Positions 11,336 to 24,805 of a stretch of DNA of 64,000 nucleotides are shown piece after piece. Position numbers and translations under genes: made by a program. This DNA comes from Octopus vulgaris. Its lineage: Eukaryota. The notes below the pieces were generated by a model. It did not search any database. It saw only the letters and a program-made list of their open reading frames with translations, and had not been told where the DNA came from. Location of the stretch: NCBI GenBank assembly GCA_951406725.2, contig OX597822.1:115010001-115074000 (forward strand), given 5' to 3'. How positions within the stretch are numbered: position 1 is the stretch's first letter; each line of letters starts with the position of its first letter.

Positions 11336-12163
11336 AGCCTGTCTCAAAAGTCACTAATGCGTTTCACTTTGTAACGACTTCCTTAACCTTACAAATAAAT
11401 GAATGAACATTTGATACGATATAAAGGACATAAGGAAAAGTCTGCAATACCAAAATGACATCGCTTAAATGGTAGCCATTTTCGGCTTCGCACGCACGTG
11501 CTCTTTCCAAAACTTGCCCCATAACACCCTCAGGATTTTCAGACCCCACTTCTCTGATTTCTCTTCTGATGTTCTCCTTCAGTTGCACCAGGGTCTCCGG
11601 TTTGTTGACGTAAATCCTCTCATTCAGGTATCCATGACTGAGACCATTTTGCGCCCAGCCATTCAAAATAGACCACACACATGCTTCCAGCAAGATGGGG
11701 CAACTGCTCATACAGCAAGAGAAATAATGCAGTTGCTACAGCAGTGCTTTGGAGAGAGAATAATCTCCCGCTACAGCAGCGTCAACTGGCCCTCACGTTC
11801 TCCAGACTTGACTATCCCGTATTTTTCCTTGCTGGGGAAACCTGAAGAGAAGGTTTACGGCAACAAACCGGAGACCCTAGTGCAACTGAAGTAGAATATC
11901 AATAGAGAAATCAGAGAAGTGGGGTCTGAAATTTCCTGAGGGTATTATGGTGCAAATTTTGGAAAGAGCACGGCCGTCCGAAGCTGAAAATGGCTGCCAT
12001 TTAAGGGATATTATTTTTCACATGTGATGCAGTGGTGTTGCAAAATTTGACTTGTGCATATTAATTTCCATTATGTCCGTTATTTTCTTTCAAAATTTCA
12101 TGCATTTATTTGTAAAGTTAAGCAAGTTATTAAAAGTTGAGATATATCAGTGACTCTTCAGAT
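11335..12163 (+). mobile_element. Tc1/mariner-superfamily remnant with inverted duplication of its 3' end
   Basis: FQQDGATAHTAR..ERIISR..WPSRSPDLT (11469-11894). Segment 11340-11620 is an inverted copy of 11850-12160. TA|CAG left end. Confidence 0.8.
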
Positions 12164-12431
12164 GTATGAATGTATATATAATATAATGCATTGTATATGT
12201 ATATACTTATAATATACATACATATATGTACATCCGCTTGCACAAGTACATATACACATAAATATGTGGTTATATATTCATGTAAACACGTATACATATG
12301 TTTATATATGCATATAAAAAAGGCATATAAATATACTTATATAATTATATATGTACATACTCGTATATATATACATACATACATACATACATATATACAC
12401 ATGCCTCCATAAATGCAAATATACCCAAACG

Positions 12432-12577
<146 letters not shown>

Positions 12578-13149
12578 ACAGTTTGAAGAAGAAAAGTAAA
12601 TAGTAAAAGAAACGATAAGGAAGGAAGTGAAATGAAAGAGTGGAGAATGAGCTCGGATAGTTTTACTGTGGCAATTTAATCACGACTAGAGTCCGCCACC
12701 CACGATTTCAATCTCCTGCTGAGTTTTATATTACGGGTATGTAGTCCTATATCACAGGATATGTTAAGATAAATACGGTGTACATGTAGTTAGCTGCTTG
12801 CTTGCTCATACATACATACATACAAAGCTGTAGGTGTGGTGGGTGTCTATATACATTTTGTCTTTGCGCACTACATGCTTCTGTGCTTATGAGTGCTGCA
12901 TTATAAATATAAATACACACACACATACACACACATGCACACGCACACACACACACACATACATACATACACACACACACATACGTGCACACACACATAC
13001 ATACATACATGCATACATACATACATACATACGTGCACACACACACACGTACGCAAGCTCACGATTCACGCACTATCTATTTTCTTACTCCGTGTGACGG
13101 GCTTGTACGATGTTTCTTGTGCAGTTCCTAAAATACCAGGTTACACATA

Positions 13150-13267
13150 CATGTATGTGTGCGTGTGGTGTGTGTGTGTGTGTGTGAGTGTGTGTGTGTG
13201 TGCGTGTGGTGTGAGTGTGTGTGTGTGTGAGCGTGTGGTGTGTGTGTGTGTGTGTGTGTGTGCGTGT

Positions 13268-13303
<36 letters not shown>

Positions 13304-13424
13304 TGTGTGTGTGTCTGTGTGCGTGTGGTGTGTGTGTGTGAGTGTGTGTGTGCGTGTGGTATGTGTGTGTGTGTGTAAGTGTGTGTGTGTGTGAGTGTGT
13401 GTGTGTGTGAGTGTGTGTGCGTGT

Positions 13425-13472
<48 letters not shown>

Positions 13473-13510
13473 TGTGTGTGTGAGCATGTGTGTGTGTGTG
13501 TGTGTTTGTG
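13150..13510. repeat. imperfect (TG)n microsatellite
   Basis: Direct reading. Confidence 0.95.
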
Positions 13511-13976
13511 CGTGCGATGATTGCAATTTCGCGCTCAGATAGAAAGAATATCAACACACCCACTCATGCGTACAGCTACTTAAGCCTATTTTGGGGGTCT
13601 GTATGCGTGATTATATAGTTTACCCTAGAAAACCTCCACACGGTCATGGTGCACAAGTTTTATTCCCGACCAGCATGCATTGTTAAGTACCCTACTTCCG
13701 CTAACAATGGCTAAATTATAAAGATCGTTTCACAAAGGCGAAGAACGTTCCTCTATGGTCTCTTACCTTTGTAAAGAAAATACAATAAACTACACACACA
13801 CACGCACACAAACAAAGGCACACACACACACACAAACAAAGACACAGACACACACACACACACATACACTCTTGTATGTATACATATTTGTGAATAGATG
13901 CATGGTGGTGCACCAGCATAACAGCAGCCGCATGACTGAACCGATTGAAAGAATAAATGTATATATGTTTGCATGC

Positions 13977-14088
<112 letters not shown>

Positions 14089-14089
14089 A

Positions 14090-14560
<471 letters not shown>

Positions 14561-14569
14561 AATGTGTAT

Positions 14570-14882
14570 ACATATAAGTTCAGTAAAAATTTAGATTCGG
14601 ATGAATATGGTACTTAAGTTAAAGGCGCCAGAATTTGGTATGGTATTATCCATATAATTCAAAATGGGGTGATTATAATCAAAATAAGCAACAAGGATAT
14701 CCAAAGGTAATGCAATACGGTCGTTTCATGCGACTCCATTTAATTAAACAATGCAAGTATTACATAAGTTTTAAATGCTCTACCATTTAAAACTGATGTA
14801 ATACTTGCATTGTTTAATTAAATGGAGTCGCATGAAACGATCGTACTGTATTACCTTTGGATATCCTTGTTGCTTATTTGGA
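14570..14882. repeat. long inverted repeat (Penelope-like inverted structure)
   Basis: Arms 14682-14777 and 14784-14880 separated by CTCTAC; contains GAAACGATCGTA (14834-14845). Confidence 0.8.
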
Positions 14883-14924
14883 TATAAATATATATATATA
14901 TTTCATACGCACTTACATATATAC

Positions 14925-15830
14925 ATTTATATATATATAACATTCTTTGTCTCTCTATCTCTATGTCTATCTGTTCCCTATGCATTCTCAAACGGCTCGA
15001 CCAAGTCAGATCAAATTTTACAAGGTAATAGTATCAGTCTCCGTGACTATCACCATGCATTTTGGTTTTTCTCATTTGAATTAAAACAATGTAACACTGG
15101 CGCTTATTCGGTATTACGTGTCAAAAGTGAAAGAGTAAGATTTACATTGTAATGTGATATAATATTGTTTCACTTTTATTCTTTCACAATTGATTCTAAT
15201 GTGTCACTTTTATTTTTTCACTTTTAATTTTAATGTAATAAGCCTATATTGTTTCACATTCATTGTTTCACTTTTAATTCTAATGTGATAACACTAAGAT
15301 AATTTTTTCTATTATGTTTATGAGACTTTCCCAAGATCTTTTAATGCAAGGACTACTTGAATTCTGGGGTCAATATAATCAACTAGCACAGAAGTGAGAT
15401 GAGACTCTCTCAAAATCAGCAAGGGCATGCTGCGGCACGTCAAATGGAGTCTCAACAGAGAAGGAAAATGAGACTTTCTCAAGATCAGCAAAGGCATGGG
15501 GAAGCACGTCATATGGAGGTGTCAACACTTCAAACGATCGGTCGTGTTAGAAGCAGGGCCGACCACCCCAAAGGAGCGAATATCCACTTGCAGCTTTTTG
15601 CTGCGTTCAAAATTCACATAGCCCCCCCCCAATTTTCTATGACAGGTTATGGCCTGGAATACTCCAAAAGGGCGCATGACATGTCGCTTTGTCGAATTAG
15701 CCCATTATTTACTCCACAAATGTTTTGTCGTCAATACTGCACTTTCCCGTATCACCTGTTTCAACATAATTAATAAATACACAAACTATGCCATTTTAAT
15801 CCCCGAGCAACTCCAGCTGTCTCATACACA
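14925..15830 (+). mobile_element. Helitron remnant with RepHel N-terminal repeat fragment
   Basis: 5' CTATGTCTATCTGTTCCCTATGCATTCTCAAACGGCT..AAATTTTAC; repeated RLSQ(N/D)QQ.H..AR.ME (15399-15520), resembling the Arg/Gln-rich N-terminal repeats of Helitron RepHel; CCCGAGCAAC near the 3' end as in the other Helitrons. Confidence 0.55.
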
Positions 15831-15833
15831 CAC

Positions 15834-15978
<145 letters not shown>

Positions 15979-16039
15979 TATTGATCTAAATTTTGTGAAA
16001 AGGGAAATAACACTGACATCTCATTTTAATAGATATATT

Positions 16040-17144
16040 TGCCAAAATTACATAAAAATGTCTTGAAATACTAAAGAGTAAATTTATTCAATAAAATCGC
16101 CATTGGCTTCAACCACGGCTTCCTGTCACTCTTCTGGATGGTCTCCTTGTTTATGTTGGTGAATGCTGCCATAATCCATGTCTTCAGTTTATGTTTGGTG
16201 TTACAAAGTGTTTTGCTGGTCACTCGCTCAATTCCACCCTACACATAATAATCAAAGGGCTTGCAGTCTGAGGAGTTAAGGGGCCAGATGTCAAGGGTGA
16301 TGTCGTCCCAGAAATTATCTGATAGCCCTGACTGGGTTCTGCTGCTAGTGTGGCATGGTTCAGAGTCGTGTTGAGTCTGAGGCCGCGTGTGAAGATGAAT
16401 GGAAGCATAACGTCACCAACACTAAGTGATCAATCCAAACACCAGGATGTTCACTGAATGTTTGATTTTTATAATTCTCGGTACATGATTTGGGGACACG
16501 ACAACCCAACAATTGTTCTATGTGTCCATCCTGACAGAAACTTTTCTTGTCTGAGAAAAACCAAAGCATGTTCAATTGGAGGGGATGCTTGAGTTTCTTC
16601 AAAATTTCGTAGCGCTGTTTTTCTTTTTGTCCTTGAAGGATTGGGATGGAAAATTGGCCCTTTCTCATCTTGTATGAGGAATATCGTATGTCTTCAATAA
16701 GAAATTCAGACACTCCCACGTCCTGACGAAGGACCTGATTGATTTGGATGTATCGTTGTTAATCATGTCCTGGATCTCTACAACAAATTCAAGAGTTCTG
16801 TTCTTATCAGAACGACCAGAGTGAGTTTTCCGAGCTGCCGTATCTTCGTAGTCACCAACACTTTCAACTCTTTCTAACTCATTCCGAATCCTCTCCACTG
16901 TCTTGAGATTGACACCTAGACACTCTGAAATGTTGGTTTTTGGAACTTCCAGAGCAAATGCCAAGCTGTACAGCATGTCGTTTCCAAATTTCTGGAAAGG
17001 TGAATTGCGTCATGATGTTGTTTTTCGCACAGACAGTGCCCAAGTGACCCTACTATACTGTGTAGTCGAAAAAATCAAAGACAAACAATGCACTTGCGCG
17101 TAATTAAATATATATAATGGCGACAACTTACCAATCACACCCTG
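16040..17144 (-). mobile_element. Tc1/mariner-superfamily transposon remnant (DD37D/maT-like)
   Basis: HTH region (LGVNLKTVERIR..KSIRSF), LWFFSDKKSF and WPLNSSDCKPFDYYV; right terminus CACCCTG|TA. Confidence 0.8.
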
Positions 17145-17164
17145 TATATATGTAGATACCTACA

Positions 17165-17177
17165 TATGTTGTTGTTG

Positions 17178-17247
<70 letters not shown>

Positions 17248-17272
17248 CATTATTATTATTATTATTATTATG
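17165..17272. repeat. (TTG)/(TTA)n microsatellite
   Basis: Direct reading. Confidence 0.95.
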
Positions 17273-17457
17273 ATAATTAGGGAAGATCAATTCCAGTGCC
17301 ACAGAAATGAGACATTCAAATTATACATAAATTAAATTGAATTACTCTCAATAATTAATTCATATATATAAAAATAGTGTTAGACGTGTAGTCTGAAAAT
17401 TGGAAATTTTGGGGATTATGAATAGAAATAGTAAGTATAGTATTTAATATTTTATAT

Positions 17458-17711
17458 ATAGATAAATGGTACAACAAGGCACCAATATTTACTGGAAAAT
17501 TTGAAGAGTCAAAAACCGGTCCTGCATTATCCGATTCTAGGTTGTCCATTTATCGAATGTTCTTCCTAGAGGTAAGACAAATTTTTTTCATGTTTGTTGC
17601 ACACACACGTCTTTGCTAGTATATACGCAGTGAAGCTATACAATAGCGTCGTATTTATTACAATTGCTATTTTCCAGTAAATATTGGTGCCTTGTTGTAC
17701 CATTTATCTAT
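17458..17711 (+). mobile_element. H1 copy 5'-truncated inside the ribozyme and capped by an inverted copy of its own 3' end
   Basis: ATAGATAAATGGTACAACAAGGCACCAATATTTACTGGAAAAT (17458-17500) is the reverse complement of 17669-17711; the body starts at TTTGAAGAGTCAAAAACCGGTCCTGCATT. Confidence 0.85.
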
Positions 17712-17829
17712 TTTTATATGTATAATTTTACCCTTATGGGCTATCTTTTATTGGAAAGTAATACGTTCGTATTGCATTATTATTTTCTTTGAAACTTCTT
17801 CACTGTTCTCGTTCTGTTAATGTTTTGGC

Positions 17830-18133
17830 GTTCAGACGAGTATACTAGCATTGATGCGGCAACATTTGAAATTTTGTCTAGGTAAATGCAGCTGATGAAG
17901 ACTAATCAAATTTACGTTGTCAAACGTATTTGAAGAGTCAGAAACCGGTCCTGCATTATCCGATTCTAGGTTGTCCATTTATCAGATGTTCTTCCTAGAA
18001 GTAAGACAAATCTTTTTCGTGTTTGTTGCACACACGCGTCTTTGCTTGTATATATGCAGTGAAGCTATACAACAGCGTCATATTTATTATGATTGCTATT
18101 TTCCAGTAAATATTGGTGCCTTGTTGTACCATT

Positions 18134-18142
<9 letters not shown>
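17830..18142 (+). mobile_element. short hammerhead-bearing repeat, family H1
   Basis: Matches 1672-1984 (-) and 17500-17711; ends in (TA)n. Confidence 0.8.
17885..17957 (+). ncRNA. type I hammerhead ribozyme motif
   Basis: Stem I AATGCAG/CTGCATT; core CTGATGA 17892-17898; long stem II (GACT/AGTC, TCAAA/TTTGA, TACGTT/AACGTA); GAAA 17941-17944; palindromic ACCGGT stem III; GUC triplet ending at 17950. Confidence 0.8.
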
Positions 18143-18173
<31 letters not shown>

Positions 18174-18199
18174 CGTGTGTGTGTTTCTATAAACATACA

Positions 18200-19029
18200 T
18201 ACTCCCATACATAAATACAGTTATTTTTTTCTTTGGCATTAATCCACAATTCTAGTTGATCGATTGCCTAGGAACGTGATTTATTTATAAACCGTTGTGG
18301 TCACTTGTTTTTCTCCAATAGTTGTTCAGAACTCTGGTTGGTTGATTGTCATTTGTTTATCAAATGTCCTGCTCACTTACTTTTGTCTGACAGTCATCGA
18401 GCGATGTCACGATCGGTTGAATGCTTAATAACATCCCTTATTTTTGTTTTTTATTTTTCTCCTCAGAATTTGGTTTTAATTCAACCGGCGACTCCTATTG
18501 TGACGTCACGAAACAATGTCTGGAAAGTGTAATAAAGCGGTTTAACTTTTGATTGCAAGTCCTGGTCAAAGCACGCTACCCGAATGTTTTATTTATTTTT
18601 ATCTTATTGTTTCTTGTCGAGTCGAATATACTATTTTTTCATTCTGGTGTCTTGTTTTAAAGTATTTAGATTTGGTTTCTATTTATGAAAGACATATTTT
18701 TCTTAGTTAAACTAAATCGTACTGACGTGTCCTGATGTTTTGATATTTGTGGTGCTTGTTTGTTGGAGATTTATATAGGTGCAGGCGTGGCTGTGTGGTA
18801 AGAAGCTTGCTTCTCAACCACATGGTTCCGGGTTCCGTCCAACTGCTTGGCACCTTGTTTGAGTGTCTTCTTTAGCCTCGAGCCGACCAAAGCTCTGCGA
18901 GTGGATTTGGAAGACAAAAACTGTAAGAAGCCCGTCGGATATATATGTGTGTGTGTGTGTGTGTGTGTATGGGTGTATGTGTATGTGTGTGTGTGTGTGT
19001 GTATGGGTGTATGTGTATGTGTGTGTGTG

Positions 19030-19107
<78 letters not shown>

Positions 19108-20145
19108 TATTTATGTGTGTTTGAGTTTGTCCACCGTTTGACAAACGATGCTGGTGTGTATATGTCACAGTAACTTAGCGTTTCGGCTAAAAAGACCGAT
19201 AGAATTAAGTACTATGCTTACAAAGAATAAGTGATGGGGTCGATTTCTTCGACTAAAACCCTTTCAGGCGGTGTTCCAGCATGACCGCAGTCAAATGACT
19301 GAAACAAGTAAAAGAAAAGATAAACGAATAAAAACATGTTTACTCACGGGTATTTTTCTGGTCCTGGTCCTGGTTTCTCCTATCTGTTGACACTGGACCC
19401 TCATACTGTGCCGTTTGTTCCCTGTAGTCTACTCCACACGCACCGCATTTTATAACATATTTGACATTCCCTGACGCACATGTTAAATGTCGCTGTTAAG
19501 CAGTTTCTTTATATACCTAAATTGTCATTTACTGTTAATTACTTTTTGTGCTTTGAGTATGTTTTTCCATTCCTGGGTCGTTCATAAAAAAAAAGTGGTA
19601 TTCTAGGGAATTATGTATGCTTCTGTACTTCTTGGCTAGTGTATTGATATATAAGGTAAAGTACTGAATGCATCAGGCTTTTTCTATGATTTTCATAATT
19701 TCTGAGTGTCTATTGCTTTTTGTACGTTCCATTCTGTTATTGATTAAACTTATTAGGTATTGTCCTTTCCAATCCCCACGCAAAACTCTCGTATGTTCCA
19801 ACTTGTGTGGAAGGAAACACTGGACCCATATATATCAATTGTTTTGTCTCATTTTGTCTCAAAGTCGTATCATTCCTGTTTTTATTCGTTACTGTAAATT
19901 TTATCTTCGTCTCTTGTTTTCCTGTTCGTCTCTGTTGTCACATTCTTTCCTTTCTACCAAGCAAATCTAATGCCCATAGCTTAGCTTTTGCCTTGGGGCT
20001 GGCCTTTTCGGAGCAAATCTCAGAATTAAACAGCCGAAATTTGCCATGATGAATCGGTTTCTGACTGAAGAATGAAGGCTCTGAATTACTGTCCGTTTTT
20101 CCGTGTTTGTCAATTCGTGAATTTCACGTTCTTTATATATAAGTT
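18200..20145 (-). mobile_element. Penelope-like element remnant (RT-EN linker and GIY-YIG, decayed), interrupted by a SINE, with an oppositely oriented pLTR-like segment at about 19790-20145
   Basis: Minus strand TLPYISIH.PRSTEAY (about 19660-19610), TCASGNVKYVIKCGACGVDYREQT..QQIG..KIPVSKH (19483-19336) and EKYVF.K.KPNLN (about 18705-18665). Outer limits are uncertain. Confidence 0.65.
18778..19325 (+). mobile_element. tRNA-derived SINE S1, full length with internal microsatellite
   Basis: GGTGCAGGCGTGGCTGTGTGGTAAGAAGCTTGC head with A/B boxes, internal (TG)/(TA)/(GA)n, 3' GGCGGTGTTCCAGCATGACCGCAGTCAAATGACTGAAACAAGTAAAAG. Confidence 0.9.
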
Positions 20146-20147
20146 TT

Positions 20148-20215
<68 letters not shown>

Positions 20216-20279
20216 CACACACACATTCACACACATACAGATATACATATTCTTTTGTTCCATTACTCTTATACCTGTT

Positions 20280-20960
<681 letters not shown>

Positions 20961-20969
20961 TTTATATTT

Positions 20970-21180
20970 TTCTTTTATTCTTTTGTTCTTTTACTTGTTT
21001 CAGTCATTTGACTGCGAGCATGCTGTAGCAACACCTTTAGTCGAAGAAATCCACTTCAGGACTTATTCTTTGTAAGCCTAGTACTTATTCTATCGGTCAC
21101 TTTAGCCGATGTTTCAGCGACGTAACGCACCGACATCGGTTGTCAAGAGATGGGGAGGGGGACAAACACACATACACACA
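20970..21180 (-). mobile_element. SINE S1, 3' half
   Basis: TTACTTGTTTCAGTCATTTGACTGCG..GTTGTCAAG..GGACAAACAC. Confidence 0.8.
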
Positions 21181-21194
21181 CACTCACGCACACA

Positions 21195-21230
<36 letters not shown>

Positions 21231-21737
21231 GGCTGTCGGCCGAGGAAGCTACACTTGGCCTCGGTTCCGCATTTTGTTTTCGAAAATCGTCAGTTTTCTC
21301 CGGAAAATAGCAGTACTTCCTTGTCATTTTCTACCCGAGGGGAGAATAACGGATCCTTCTTCTGCTGGTAAGTTTCTTTTTTGTTAAAAGTCTGCCTATT
21401 TCTTAGGGGACTTATCGAATTTATTCCATTTTTTATTCCGCGTAGAAAAATAAAAAAATTTGTTCAATGGCAGTTAACAAATGGTTTCGAGGGCGTTTCA
21501 GTCGTCGATGAGAGAGGGGGAAAGAGAGAGGAGTGTCTTGTCATAAAAATGAGAGGGGGTGACTGTTCTTCGATTGTTGGCGTAACTACTAGACAAGCAA
21601 GCAGGTAAAACAAAATGACTATCCCAATCACAAACAACAACTCCGACACCACCACCACCATCACCTCTACCACCACCACTACGAACAAGAACAAGGACAA
21701 CAACAACAACAGCAACAGTTCGTGTGTTGAAGCAGAT

Positions 21738-22049
21738 TATGCTGTGTCTGGGAGAATCAAATTGTCTTAATGCTTTCTTATCTAACACACTCACCGGTTC
21801 GATTTTCTCTCATTTATTAGTAAAGTATTTTATTAGTTAAATAATTTCTTCTAAAATTTTTGGTTGCCTTTTGCAACATTGTCAATGGATGTTGGCTCTC
21901 ATCCGTTGTCAACATCTACTGCCAAGGTTGCAGAAGGGAACGAAAATTTTGAACGAAAAATATAAATAATAAATGAGTGGAAATCGGACCAGTGAGTGTG
22001 TTACATGATAAGGCATTAAGACAATATGGCTCTCCCCAGACACAACATT
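21738..22049. mobile_element. MITE/foldback element with long imperfect TIRs
   Basis: TGCTGTGTCTGGGAGA..ATTGTCTTAATGC..AACACACTCACCGGTTCGATTT pairs with AAATCGGACCAGTGAGTGTGTT..GCATTAAGACAAT..TCCCCAGACACAACA. Confidence 0.75.
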
Positions 22050-22163
22050 ATTATTATCATTATTATGTACATGATAACGATGTACATGATAACACTTCCA
22101 ATCAGTTGAGATCAGAAGCCACGAGAGCCACTACCTCGTACTGCATCAGGGCTTTTATTATTG

Positions 22164-22245
<82 letters not shown>

Positions 22246-22249
<4 letters not shown>

Positions 22250-22786
22250 TTATGTTTGACTTTTGCTTTACATTTGTACAAATTAGCTCCATGTTTCACC
22301 CAGAGACCTCAAGAGACAACAAGTTGAAAGTTCATGTTCGTGTTTTGCCTAGGGTGCCATATATCTGGTTTTGTACATAGCGTTGTTCTAGAGAATGTTT
22401 AAAAAACCATAAGAAAATTATGTTTATTTTAAAACTTGAGATTACATAGAAAGTATTTTGCGTAGGATATGGGTAGTTCCCATGAGCACCATCTTTTGAA
22501 TTTCTTCCATTTTGGGGTTTCCTAGTATCTGAGCTAGGTAGCAATCAGCCCCTTTTGCTATTATTCCCAGGGCACCTATGGCAACATGTATTGTTTTAGT
22601 TTTCAGGTTCCACATTTTGCTAATATCTATTTCAAGATCTTTATACTTGCTCAGGTTTTGGTAGGTCTAGACAGATACGTTTATATCGATTGGGACAGTC
22701 ATATCAATGAGGAGGCATGATTTTTGTCTGAAGTCTTTCAATATGATGTCTGGCCTATTCGCATCTATCTTTCTGTCAGTTTGAAT
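22246..22786 (-). mobile_element. R4/Dong-like LINE 3' fragment (RLE endonuclease) with (TAA)n tail
   Basis: DANRPDIILKD..CLLIDMTVP..KYKDLEIDISKMWNLK..IGALG; (TTA)n at 22155-22245. Confidence 0.85.
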
Positions 22787-22806
22787 TATTATTATTATTA
22801 TTATTA

Positions 22807-23240
22807 TGTTTTTTCCTTCTTTCTTCAAATTTTCTTCCGTTTCTCGCCGAGGGTTTTCCATACACCTAGGGCAGAGAAGCTCATTGTATGCATTTCCAGA
22901 TTACACGCGCAAATTCAAAGATAAAATATGTATTTAAAAATTAATAGCTAAATAAATTCATGGATGGATGTTATTTTCACAGCGATAGAGCTCTTCTCAG
23001 TACATGAGCCGTTCCAGTTAATACGATTTTTTGCACTTCCTGTACGGATGGTAAACCTGGAATCATTTTCAAATAGGTTTCACTACCATTTTTTATCATT
23101 CCTAGAGATCCTACAATCACTGGTACTGTAGTCGCCTTGAGATGCCACATGTTTTCAATTTCTATTAGCAGGTCTTTATATTTACTAATCTTGTCAAATT
23201 CTTTCGCCGCTATATTGTGATTACAGGGAATACTGATGTC
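22807..23240 (-). mobile_element. R4/Dong-like LINE 3' fragment, second subfamily
   Basis: DISIPCNHNIAAKEFDKISKYKDLLIEIENMWHLKATTVPVIVGSLG; its 3' end runs into (TAA)n at 22786-22806. Confidence 0.8.
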
Positions 23241-23261
23241 AATTAATAAACACGTCCTTTT

Positions 23262-24640
23262 TACTATGATAGAAATTGTTTGTTTTTAGATTCCACATTC
23301 GAGTTACCTCTATTTCCAGGTCTTTGTATTTTGAAAGTCTCTCCATTTCTTTTAGAGAAAAGTTGTCATCTGCTGGTATTGATACATCAATTAGAAAGCA
23401 ATTTTTTTCTTCATGATCTCTGACAACTATATCTAGTCTGTTGGCCTTAATTTCTCTATCTCTGTGTATTGGCATATCCCAGAATATGGTTGCTTTCTCG
23501 TTTTCTGTGACCTTTTCTGGTGTGTGCCTATACCATCTTTTTTTTCTGTTGTTATTCCATAACGTTGGCATAGCTTCCAGTGTATGTAGGACCCAACTCT
23601 GTCGCGTCTGTGAATATATTCCTTCTTAGACAGGACTGGGCAGCCAGAGATATGATTTATTGTTTCTTGTCCATCTCCACATATTCTGCAGTTACTTGTT
23701 ATATTTCTTTTCATTACATGTTTTTGCTAATTTCTGGTGGAGAGGCTTTGGTCTTGTGCTGCAATTAAAAATCCTTCTGTCTCTGTTTTGAGCCCTGAGC
23801 TTCTCAACCATTGCTGGGATTTTTCTTTGTCTATTTCTTTTGCATTTAGTTTAGTCCAGTATTTGCCATGAAAGGGTGTTCCTTGCCATCGTTTTATAAT
23901 GATCTGTTGCTGATCTAGTTTTAGTTTTGATTTCATTTGCTTTATAGCTTTTGATGTCTTCTTCTTCTTCTTCTTCTTCTTCTTCTTCTTCTTCTTCTTC
24001 TTCTTCTTCTTCTTCTTCTTCTTCTTCTTCTTCTTCTTCTTCTTCTTCTTCTTCTTCTTCTTCTTCATATCTTTTAGGTTGTATGATTTCTTGTTTGTAT
24101 TGACAGCTTCCTTAAATACTGAGAACAATTTTTTTTGTTTTGCTCGTGTTTTGCCGCTATTTGTATCAGTTTTCCTTCCTTCTGAAGTAGATATTTTTGC
24201 AGTCCTATTGTGGTTATTTTATAGTAGTTTTCCAGCTGTATAAGGCCTCTACCACCATCTATACGTTGTATGTATAGCCCTTCTATGTCAGATTTTGGGT
24301 GATGCATCCTAGATCCTGTCATTATTTTTCTTGTTTACCTATCTATTTTGGTCAGTTCATTTAGTGTCCAGTTAAGGATATTGTAGCTGTAACTTGTAAC
24401 TGGGACGGCTAAAGTGTTGATACCTATTATCTTGTTTTTAGCATTGAGCTCTGTTTTCAGTATTGATCTGACTCGTCTATAATATTCTTTTTTTATTTTC
24501 TCTTTCATTTGTGTGTGTTGTGTCTTATCTAGTTCATGGATTCCTAAATATTTGTAAGTTTGGCTTTGGTCTAATTCTCTTATTTCATTGGCTTTATCTA
24601 GTGTGATGTTGCCACTCTTAACTAGTTTTCCTCTTTTCAG
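23262..24640 (-). mobile_element. R4/Dong-like LINE fragment (RT thumb, CCHC finger, RLE)
   Basis: HHPKSDIEGLYIQRIDGGRGL, ETEGFLIAAQDQSLSTRN, CRICGDGQETINHISGCP and KANRLDIVV..LIDVSIP; interrupted by (CTT)n at 23957-24066. Confidence 0.9.
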
Positions 24641-24737
24641 CGAAAAAGATGTTTCTATTCTTCCTGAGTGTTAAACTAATATACCTGTTTGTTGTTCTTA
24701 CACCTATCTTCGTCTTTTGTTTTCAGTGAATTTGAAC
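24640..24737 (+). mobile_element. H2 3' fragment
   Basis: TTCTTCCTGAGTGTTAAACTAATATACCTGTTTG..CTTCGTCTTTTG; also at 63595-63700. Confidence 0.6.
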
Positions 24738-24745
24738 GGTGTGCA

Positions 24746-24805
<60 letters not shown>

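Noticed and set aside
23727-24128. Poly-Lys ORF
   Set aside because: A (CTT)n expansion inside a dead R4/Dong-like LINE, not a host protein.
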